From Bellilinea caldifistulae (GTDB taxonomy: Bacteria > Chloroflexota > Anaerolineae > Anaerolineales > Anaerolineaceae): 32,000 bases of DNA. The notes beneath the pieces are model-generated. The model was not told where the DNA came from and did not search any database. It saw only the letters and a program-made list of their open reading frames with translations. Position numbers and translations under genes: made by a program. The stretch spans positions 120,001 to 152,000 of the forward strand of contig NZ_LGHJ01000011.1 in assembly GCF_001306055.1 (NCBI RefSeq), given 5' to 3'. Positions within the stretch are counted from its first letter, which is position 1; each line of letters begins with the position of its first letter. Shown here piece by piece: positions 15,957-23,373 of the stretch.

Positions 15957-15962
15957 ATTGTA
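15957..15962 (-). promoter_or_regulatory. Candidate -10 box (TACAAT) for the ssb operon, overlapped by one arm of a TGTACA inverted repeat
   Basis: The reverse complement of 15957-15962 is TACAAT, about 44 nt upstream of the ssb ATG. GTGTACA (15929-15935) and TGTACAC (15959-15965) form an inverted repeat. Confidence 0.3.
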
Positions 15963-16010
15963 CACGAAAAGCCATTTTCAAAAGTAATTGGGGGAGAAGG
16001 ATTATTCCGT

Positions 16011-16826
16011 CTAAGGTGCGGTTGTTGGTACGGGTGTTGAGGTGGGAATCTGCGTCCGGTCGAGCGACCAGACTAGCAAATCATCAAAACTGACCGTCAA
16101 AGGCGGCTCACCGGCCGCCCGCACGAACACGCCCACCAGCCCCTCATCCCAAACCGGATCACGCGCGCTGAACAATTCGAGATCATTCACAAAGAAACGC
16201 ATCTCCCGGCCGAACATCCACACCCCCAATCGGTTTTCAGCCAGCGCACCTGCCTGAATGCGCGGTGATTCGAGCCAGTCCTGCACCACCACAAAGGCGC
16301 CCTGTTGAACCCGTTCCAGGCGCGTCCGCCCGTCACAGGTGATCACCCAGCGGTAATAATTCCATTCGTCGGCCGCCCGCAGCAGCAAACCATATTGATC
16401 CTCCGCCTGACACAGACTCACCCGTGTGCTCATTTCCAGATAAAAATCTTTGAAAGGAGGGCTGCGCCGTAGCGAAACCAGATAGGCGCGGCGGCTGGCA
16501 ACCGCCAGGGTCAGTTCATCCACCCCATAAGCGGCGCTGCCGGCGCTCGTGCGGGTGGTCACCCATGCTTCGCGCTGGCTGAAATCATCTTCAAGCAGGA
16601 TTTGATCCTTGCCCAGTTGCGGAGTGGGGGTTGGCACAAACGGCTGGGTGGGCGGCGGTGTGCGGGTTGGTGTCGGCGGGAACCAGACAATAGTGGGGGT
16701 GGGTGTGCCGGTGGGCGGGGGAGTGGGTGTATCGGCCAGCGGCGCGTTCAGGCCACCAGCCGGCAGGCAAGCGCTGACCACCCCCGCCAGCAGCAGCAAA
16801 CCCAGCCAGCGGAGCAATGATCTCAC
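16011..16826 (-). CDS. Putative lipoprotein with a Pro/Thr-rich linker and a C-terminal beta-sandwich (DUF1080/LamG-like) domain
   Basis: The GTG at 16826 overlaps the purA stop (GTGA). Signal peptide VRSLLRWLGLLLLAGVVSAC carries a lipobox-like VSAC. Linker: PTPPPTGTPTPT...PTPTP. The upstream TTG-started extension would overlap purA by 70 nt. Confidence 0.6.
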   Translation of the reverse strand: MRSLLRWLGLLLLAGVVSACLPAGGLNAPLADTPTPPPTGTPTPTIVWFPPTPTRTPPPTQPFVPTPTPQLGKDQILLEDDFSQREAWVTTRTSAGSAAYGVDELTLAVASRRAYLVSLRRSPPFKDFYLEMSTRVSLCQAEDQYGLLLRAADEWNYYRWVITCDGRTRLERVQQGAFVVVQDWLESPRIQAGALAENRLGVWMFGREMRFFVNDLELFSARDPVWDEGLVGVFVRAAGEPPLTVSFDDLLVWSLDRTQIPTSTPVPTTAP

Positions 16827-18118
16827 AGTGGAACTTCGACCACCTGTTCGCGTTCCGGGCCGACCGAAACCCGTCGAACCGGCACGCCGCAAAACTCACT
16901 CAACCGGCAGGCATACGCCCGGGCGGCTTCGGGCAGGTCTTCCCAGCGCCGCACCGCGGTAATCTCTTCTTCCCAGCCGGCCAGTTCTTCATAAATCGGT
17001 TCATAGGGAGCCAGGTTAGCCGGTCCCATCGGCAATTCGCTGACCACCTGACTGCCATGCTGGTAGGCAGTACACAGACGCAAATTGCTCAGCCCGCTGA
17101 GGATGTCCATCTTGGTCACCATTAATTCCGTTACGCCATTCACTCGCAGGGCGTAGCGCAGTAAAACCCCGTCCAGCCAGCCAACCCGGCGCGGTCGCCC
17201 GGTGGTGGTACCAAATTCATCCCACGGGTTTTTACCGGTGCCGCGCAGCCGCTCGGCAGTTTTGCCAAATACCTCGGTGGGAAACGGCCCGGCTCCGACC
17301 CGGGTTTGAAACGCCTTGGTCACCCCAATCACCCGCTCCACCGGCACAATCCCCACTCCCAGTCCCACCAGCGCTCCGGCTGCGGTGGCGTACGAACTGG
17401 TCACATACGGGTAAGTCCCATGATCCAGGTCCAGCAAAGTCCCCTGGGCACCCTCAGCCAGTACCCGCTTGCCCTGCCGCAGAGCCTGATGAACCAGTCC
17501 GCCGGTATCGGCGATATAGGGGGCCAGTTGAACGGCCAGCTTGGCATATTCGCGCGCCACAGCGTTCTCATCCAGCGGATCAACCCGGTACATGCTTTTC
17601 AGCATCATGTTGATTTCTTCGACATGCTGTTTCATCTTTTTATAGAAGGAAGCCGGATCCAGCATATCTTCCATGCGCAGACCGTTCCGCGAGGTCTTGC
17701 CGGTATAAGCCGGGCCAATCCCGCGGCCGGTTGTGCCAATCTGTGCCTGACCACGTGCGGCTTCCTGAGCAGCATCCAAAGCCCGGTGCGCCGGGGTAAT
17801 CAGATGAGCCGCATAAGAGATACGCAGCCGGTCGGGGCCGGCAGCCACTCCGGCCGCCTGCAGCATTTCGACTTCATTGATAAAGGTAACCGGATTGATC
17901 ACCATGCCGTTACCCATCACCCCAATGGTGTGCGGGTGAATGATGCCGGAAGGAATCAGGTGCAGTTTGAAGGTGCGGCTGCCGACTGTGACGGTATGGC
18001 CAGCGTTATCACCGCCGTTGAAGCGTGCCACAATATCCGCCTGAGCCGCCAGTAAATCCACAATACGGCCTTTGCCCTCATCCCCCCATTGTGTTCCAAT
18101 GACAACATCTAACGGCAT
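16823..18118 (-). CDS. purA: Adenylosuccinate synthase
   Basis: GTQWGDEGKGRIVD P-loop, GTTGRGIGPAY and full-length PurA similarity. GGAGGG SD. Confidence 0.95.
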   Translation of the reverse strand: MPLDVVIGTQWGDEGKGRIVDLLAAQADIVARFNGGDNAGHTVTVGSRTFKLHLIPSGIIHPHTIGVMGNGMVINPVTFINEVEMLQAAGVAAGPDRLRISYAAHLITPAHRALDAAQEAARGQAQIGTTGRGIGPAYTGKTSRNGLRMEDMLDPASFYKKMKQHVEEINMMLKSMYRVDPLDENAVAREYAKLAVQLAPYIADTGGLVHQALRQGKRVLAEGAQGTLLDLDHGTYPYVTSSYATAAGALVGLGVGIVPVERVIGVTKAFQTRVGAGPFPTEVFGKTAERLRGTGKNPWDEFGTTTGRPRRVGWLDGVLLRYALRVNGVTELMVTKMDILSGLSNLRLCTAYQHGSQVVSELPMGPANLAPYEPIYEELAGWEEEITAVRRWEDLPEAARAYACRLSEFCGVPVRRVSVGPEREQVVEVPL

Positions 18119-18168
18119 GATCCATTCCCTCCGCAGGAAATTGCCCTTTCAGACAATCTTTCAAAACG

Positions 18169-18174
18169 ATTATA
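18169..18174 (-). promoter_or_regulatory. Candidate -10 box (TATAAT) for purA
   Basis: The reverse complement of 18169-18174 is a perfect TATAAT, about 51 nt upstream of the purA ATG. Confidence 0.35.
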
Positions 18175-18241
18175 CTCCGTTCACCCGCAGGTTTTTAGTG
18201 ACAGTTATCCTGACATTTTTTGATAAAATTGGATAAATTTA

Positions 18242-18250
18242 TGGCATAAT
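18242..18250 (+). promoter_or_regulatory. Candidate extended -10 promoter (TGGCATAAT) for the GGDEF gene
   Basis: Lies in an AT-rich divergent intergenic region. TTGATA at 18220-18225 is a possible -35 at a long 19-nt spacing. The ATG at 18288 is 38 nt downstream. Confidence 0.35.
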
Positions 18251-18287
18251 AAAGTGTTGTTACCTGCCGCGAACTTCAAACTTCCCG

Positions 18288-19379
18288 ATGAACAACAACC
18301 TGCCAACCCAACCCGAATCTCCCCCATCATTAAGCAGCCTCTCACGACAGATTGACCAACGCCGGCGCTGGCTGTACCTGATTGCGGCTTTTCCGGGCTT
18401 CCTGTCGGTTGTGTTTATCTGGCTGCAAAAACAAAATCAGGAAGTCTTCATCCGTTTTACTTATCCCTTTCTGGCAACGGCTCTGGCAATCTGGTGTGTG
18501 GCGCTGTTATGGAAGCGTGTCCCGCTCAATTTAATCGAGCGCTCGGTCTTGATCGCCACAACGCTCTTCTTTTTTTCCAAGTACATCTACTTTCTCTACT
18601 TCCACCCGCTTTTATTCGAACAATGGCAGGAGATTGAAGCCGTCTTCTGGACATTTGCTTTTTCGTTTATCCTGAGTTATATCGTCTTTCCGCGTGGCAA
18701 GGCGTTACAGTTCAATCTGCTCTTTTTGGGAATGGTGATTGTTGCCGGCGCCTTGCGTTTTACCGATCTGGGAGAAGCCTACACCCTCGAACTGGTTCGG
18801 CTGGAAACCCGCATCGCCGGCATCCTGTTTCTGGTCTTTTTGCTGGCCAAAGCAAAAGATGACCTCAACCTTTCACTGGCCGAAGCCAACCGGATTCAAG
18901 AAATTGCTCTGACCGACGCGCTCACCCTGCTGCCGAACCGGCGCGGGATGACCGGCCTGCTGGAAGAACACCTCGCCCGTCGGCGGCGGTTTGCCGTCAT
19001 CCTGGCCGATGTGGATTTCTTCAAGCGTATCAATGACACCTTTGGACATGAAACCGGCGATAAAATTTTGCGCGAAGTGGGCGAATGCCTGCACTACCAG
19101 CTGCGCGCCAGTGATGTGATCGGCCGCTGGGGCGGCGAGGAATTTCTGATTCTCGCGCTGGAAGAGGATCAGAAACGCGCTCTGCATCTGGCAAACCGGC
19201 TGCGCGAAACGGTCGAGTCCTTTGAATTCAGCGATGGTCTGCCCATAACCATGTCGTTCGGTGTCACACTCAGCCGTGAGCGGGACACGGTCAAATCCCT
19301 GCTGCAACGCGCCGATCAAGCCATGTATCGCGCCAAGAACAACGGACGCAACCGGGTTGAATGGGAAATTCCCAATTGA
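18288..19379 (+). CDS. Diguanylate cyclase (GGDEF domain) with an N-terminal multi-TM sensor domain
   Basis: Active site RWGGEEFLIL, plus DALTLLPNRRG and DVDFFKRINDTFGH. About 5-6 TM helices N-terminally. Confidence 0.9.
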   Translation: MNNNLPTQPESPPSLSSLSRQIDQRRRWLYLIAAFPGFLSVVFIWLQKQNQEVFIRFTYPFLATALAIWCVALLWKRVPLNLIERSVLIATTLFFFSKYIYFLYFHPLLFEQWQEIEAVFWTFAFSFILSYIVFPRGKALQFNLLFLGMVIVAGALRFTDLGEAYTLELVRLETRIAGILFLVFLLAKAKDDLNLSLAEANRIQEIALTDALTLLPNRRGMTGLLEEHLARRRRFAVILADVDFFKRINDTFGHETGDKILREVGECLHYQLRASDVIGRWGGEEFLILALEEDQKRALHLANRLRETVESFEFSDGLPITMSFGVTLSRERDTVKSLLQRADQAMYRAKNNGRNRVEWEIPN

Positions 19380-19388
19380 TGTTATAAT
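19380..19388 (+). promoter_or_regulatory. Candidate consensus extended -10 promoter (TGTTATAAT) giving a near-leaderless LysM-protein transcript
   Basis: A perfect TGnTATAAT follows immediately after the GGDEF stop. Only 10 nt separate it from the ATG at 19399, and there is no SD. Confidence 0.45.
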
Positions 19389-19398
19389 CAAAGCGCAT

Positions 19399-20187
19399 AT
19401 GAAGGATGCTTTCCGCCGCCGCTGGTTTTCTGCCGGCCTGCTCTTGACAGGTCTGTTCTTCCTGCTCAGCCTCAACCTGACCCAGCCCTCAGTTTCTCAG
19501 GCCCAGGTTTTATACTTCACTCCCACCCCCAACGAAAACGGACAAATTTTTTACACCGTCAAAGAAGGGGATACCTGCATCAGTGTTTCGCTGCTGAATC
19601 AGGTCTCGCTGGATGAGCTGCGCCGTCTGAACAATCTGGACGCAGCCTGTGTACTGATTACCGGCACGCGCCTGCTGCTCGGCACGGTAGAACCCCAGCC
19701 GACCCCGGCCGTGCCGCCGACCGAAACGCCGGTGCTGCCCTCGCCCACGCCCTTCCGCGGCACCGGGCGGGTCTGTATTGTGCTGTTCAACGACGTCAAC
19801 GGCAATGCGATGGCCGAAGACGGCGAAAACGCCATTCCCGGCGGGGCGGTCAGCATTACCGACCGGCTGGGGCGGGTTTCGCTGACCGGTGAAACCAGCG
19901 CCAGTCTGGAAGAGCCAACCTGTTTCGACAATCTGGAAGAGGGGGAGTACAACATCAGCGTGGCAATTCCGCAGGGCTATAACCCCACCACCCTGCTCAA
20001 TTATGCCCTGAAGGTCAGCGCGGGGGATAACTCGGTGCTGGATTTCGGCGCGCAGTTGAGTTCGCAGGCGCTTCCGACCCCGGTCAGTGAAGGCGGGCGC
20101 TCGCCGCTGATGGCGGTGATGGGCGGCATCATCCTGCTGGCCGGGCTTGGGCTGGCCATCTACGCCCGCCTGCTGACGCGCAAGTGA
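19399..20187 (+). CDS. Secreted LysM-domain protein with an SdrD B-like/Ig-like domain and a C-terminal TM anchor
   Basis: Signal peptide, LysM segment YTVKEGDTCISVSLLNQVSLDELRRLNNL, a Pro/Thr linker, and VLFNDVNGNAMAEDGENAIPGGAVSITD. The C-terminal LMAVMGGIILLAGLGLAIYARLLTRK, a TM helix plus basic tail, resembles a sorting signal. Confidence 0.75.
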   Translation: MKDAFRRRWFSAGLLLTGLFFLLSLNLTQPSVSQAQVLYFTPTPNENGQIFYTVKEGDTCISVSLLNQVSLDELRRLNNLDAACVLITGTRLLLGTVEPQPTPAVPPTETPVLPSPTPFRGTGRVCIVLFNDVNGNAMAEDGENAIPGGAVSITDRLGRVSLTGETSASLEEPTCFDNLEEGEYNISVAIPQGYNPTTLLNYALKVSAGDNSVLDFGAQLSSQALPTPVSEGGRSPLMAVMGGIILLAGLGLAIYARLLTRK

Positions 20188-20346
20188 TTGCCGGGGCGGG
20201 AGACCGCCACGCCGCCTGCCGGCGGCTCGCGGTAACAGGCCCTGTTCAGGTCAGGTCAAGCATTAGTGACACTTTCCAGTGCAGGCATATCTTTGCACTG
20301 CATCCGACGTGTGCACATAACGGCTTTCCATAAATTTTTTTATTTT

Positions 20347-22104
20347 TTATCGGCTAATGGTGGGCAAAAACAAGCGATTGGGACATTCAATTAAACTAAA
20401 ATTCATGGTTGTCGTGGTATCTTTGGCAATCGTAACCTGTTGAGTAGCCGAACAATATCCCTCCGCTGAAGCCGTTACCTGATAGGTTTGAGCCACTGCC
20501 GAGGTTTGAAAAAAACCGCTTGCATCTGCAATCAGTTGCCGTGGAACACCAATCCAGTTAAGAACCACCCTGCTGTTGGGTATCGGCTGGGATGAAGACA
20601 ACGACCGGACATTGCCCTGCACTTGTCCAATCGGGCAAACCGCCTGCCCGGCGCGCAGCACATTCAGGTAACCGTAGCCGTAGGTGTAATTGCTCTGCCC
20701 GCCGTCCGGTGTGCCGCAGCTGCCACCATAGAGGGGTGGGTCGGCGGTTTGTTGTAATAATTCAAAGGTGGCGGTCATATTCCCGCGCAGCGCCGGCGCG
20801 CACGAATACAGCAGCGCCGCTGCCCCGGCAACGTGCGGGGCAGCCATTGAGGTGCCGCTGGCATAAGCCCATTGATTAGTGGGCAGCGCTGAAAGGATAC
20901 CAACCCCCGGCGCCGTCAGATTGGGTTTGGTGTAGGGTTGACCGCTAATGGTCGAAGGCCCGCGGCTGGAAAAATCGCCAATCCAACCGCTCTGGCTGTG
21001 GGCCGCCACCGAAAAGGATTGGGGGTAATCCCCCGGCGAATTGAGGCTTGAACAGCCTTTTTGACCATCGTTCCCCGCTGAAAACACCGGAAAAATTCCT
21101 GCCGCCCGCCAGCTCTCCACCTTGCTGGTAAACCACAGGTTACCGCCCGGCCCGCCCCACGAATTGTTGACCACCTGCGGGCGATTATTGGGATTGCCGC
21201 CGGGAGCCAGTAGCCAGTCGGCGCAGTCTGCGAGGTTTAAACCATTGCAACTCGTTCCGCTGCAGGCCTTGCAGGCAATCCACTGCGCGCCGGGCGCCAT
21301 GCCTACCCGATGGGTTAAAGTTGGATCATCACTGCCGATCATCGTGCCAATCGTATGCGTGCCGTGGCCCTGATCATCGCACGGTAAACCGCCCGTACAG
21401 ACATTGGTGGCATCCCACCAGCAAGCCGAATTGGAGGGGGCATCCTTGCAGGCGTACGCCTCGCGCAAGGCGGGGTGATCCCACTGCGCGCCGGTGTCAA
21501 TGCTCGCCACCCGCACGCCCTCGCCGCGCAGCCCGAACTGCGCCCAAAACTCAGGGGCGTGTGTGTCCCCCAGCCCTCACGCCGTGGTCTGAATCTGATT
21601 CTGCGGGACAGGCCCGGGTTGCATCAGTTCAAAACGAGGCGCCGCAAGAGTGATTTCCACCGGGGCGCGCACTTCTTGAATTTCACCTGCCCAAAGCGCC
21701 TGATTCAGCGCGGCGCGGCTGCCGTCGAAAACGTAGATTTCATTGCCAGAAATGAAGGATTGGTAGCGCACGCCGGCAGCTTCCAAGGCGGCAATGACCG
21801 GCGCCTGGGTACGCTCGGCCGTCTCTTTGAGCATGTTGTACACGTACCAGCCGCGTGACTCCCAGTCCATCGTGTAAGCCGCGCTTAAATCGGCCTGTTC
21901 AGCCATCACCAGAATGAAATCGGCGCGGCCGTCTTCCGCCAGCGCTTCCAGCACCTCACTTTGCACCTCCACCCCGGCGCTGGCGGGCGGTAAATCCTGA
22001 GCCAGCGCCGCGCCGCTAACCGTCAGCAGCAACACCAACACAAGACCACTCAGCCCCGCCCCCAGCCGGCGGCGCTTTTGCATCAACCGATAAATCCTTG
22101 GCAT
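20347..22104 (-). pseudogene. Subtilisin-like S8 serine protease (signal peptide, I9 propeptide, catalytic domain, CarboxypepD_reg-like C-terminal domain) interrupted by one in-frame TGA at 21577-21579
   Basis: Catalytic triad motifs VASIDTG, HGTHTIG and GTSMAAPHVAG. ORFs 21577-22104 and 20347-21516 are in the same frame, and the 60 nt between them read GLGDTHAPEFWAQFGLRGEG with no other stop. The AGGTGA SD is intact. Confidence 0.8.
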
Positions 22105-22123
22105 GAGTCACCTGTAATTCGAG

Positions 22124-23212
22124 TTAAGCGGGGTTGTCATCCTCGGGCGCCAGTCCTAACTGACGCGCCTGTTCGTAACTGAGCGCATCCGGGTTGGTGG
22201 CTTCCAGCACTTGCTGCTCGGCGGCGCTCTCCCAAAACGAGTCGACCTCATTGGGATCCAGGCTGGCTGCCGTGCGCTGCAATTGGACTTCCAGCTCCTC
22301 CAGCGGCAGCGGTTCTTCGCTGCTGATCACTTCTTCAACGGCGGGTGTCGCTGCCGGGGAAGGGCTGCTCGTACCGGCTGCGGCATCACTCATCGGGTAG
22401 AAATCTACCTGCATCGCCCGCAGGATGGCTGCCAGTTCGCTCTGAGCTTGCAGCACCGCCTCAAAGGCCAGTGCCGTGCGCAGCCCGCTGCCGTCCTGTT
22501 CCTGCACAATCACCAGCCCGTAACCGCCCACCGGCGCCAGAATCAGGCTGCGCGGCTCACCGCGCAGGGCCAGCGCGGCTTGCGGCAGCCCGGAGCGGAC
22601 AAGGCGGTTGGCTTTGACCAGTGCGCTCAAAGCCGCCATGATCGGCGGCGCCCAGTGTTGCTCAAAATCCACCTCGCCGACTTCGCCGGCCTGAGCCACC
22701 ACCCGCCCGCGGTCATCACACAACAACACCTGCACGGCGCCCAGCTCGCGGCGCAGGCGGGTCAGCAGGCCTGGTAAGTCCTCGCGGGGCTGGGGGAGCG
22801 GCTCGCTTGCGTCGGCGGTTTCGGGGGGTTGTTCTGCCGGCAGGGGCAATTCCAGCAGCTCGGCGGCCGTGCGGAGAAATTCGCTCATCTCGATGGGTTT
22901 ACGCATGAAACGGTCTACTTTGGCTTCGGCAGCCTGCCGGGTGACTTGCTCATCACTCAAGCCGGTGATCAGCATGATACGGGTTTCCGGGCTGCGCAGG
23001 CGTACCTTTTTCAACAGGTCGAACCCGGACATGCCCGGCAGTCGAATATCGCTGATAATCAGCGCAACCGGCGGACTGCCGCTCAATTCCAGCAGCGCCT
23101 CTTCCGCCGATTGAATCACCCGTACTGACAAAGTCCGATCCAGCGTTTCCAACGCCAGACGCAGCATCCGCCCCAAATCGAGGGCATCTTCCACAATCAG
23201 GATGCGTTTCAT
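22124..23212 (-). CDS. Response regulator: REC domain plus a C-terminal domain of uncertain type (Roadblock/LC7-like?) and an acidic tail
   Basis: REC motifs ILIVEDALDL, ISDIRLPGMSGFDLLK and RKP. The C-terminal segment AVQVLLCDDRGRVVAQAGE...ILAPVGGYGLVIVQ resembles Roadblock/MglB-like folds. No DNA-binding output domain was recognised. Confidence 0.8.
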   Translation of the reverse strand: MKRILIVEDALDLGRMLRLALETLDRTLSVRVIQSAEEALLELSGSPPVALIISDIRLPGMSGFDLLKKVRLRSPETRIMLITGLSDEQVTRQAAEAKVDRFMRKPIEMSEFLRTAAELLELPLPAEQPPETADASEPLPQPREDLPGLLTRLRRELGAVQVLLCDDRGRVVAQAGEVGEVDFEQHWAPPIMAALSALVKANRLVRSGLPQAALALRGEPRSLILAPVGGYGLVIVQEQDGSGLRTALAFEAVLQAQSELAAILRAMQVDFYPMSDAAAGTSSPSPAATPAVEEVISSEEPLPLEELEVQLQRTAASLDPNEVDSFWESAAEQQVLEATNPDALSYEQARQLGLAPEDDNPA

Positions 23213-23355
23213 GGCAACCTCCCGCGCAGGATGAGCAAGGTATTTCCAGTATACCGGAAAAAAGACCTGCCAACCAACCCATCTGCCTTACAAATTCTTA
23301 AGTCCTGCCTCGTTAGTTGAAACCATTGATACCTTCATCCCCTTTGTTTGGCTTG

Positions 23356-23364
23356 TGGTACAAT
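23356..23364 (+). promoter_or_regulatory. Candidate extended -10 promoter (TGGTACAAT, context TGTGGTACAAT) giving a near-leaderless helicase transcript
   Basis: 9 nt separate the -10 box from the ATG at 23374, and there is no SD. Confidence 0.45.
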
Positions 23365-23373
23365 CGCCCTGCA

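Noticed and set aside
16600-16760. Apparent DNA repeats in Pro/Thr-rich linker regions (also 19680-19760).
   Set aside because: This is low-complexity coding sequence for PT-rich linkers (ACN/CCN codons), not discrete tandem repeats or a CRISPR-like array.
21577-21579. The in-frame TGA of the S8 protease as selenocysteine or as evidence of an alternative genetic code (TGA=Trp or Gly).
   Set aside because: The position aligns with a structural Trp, not a redox Cys/Sec site. I saw no SECIS-like hairpin immediately downstream. TGA terminates several well-defined genes in the same window (purA, radical SAM, the kinase, GGDEF and LysM protein).
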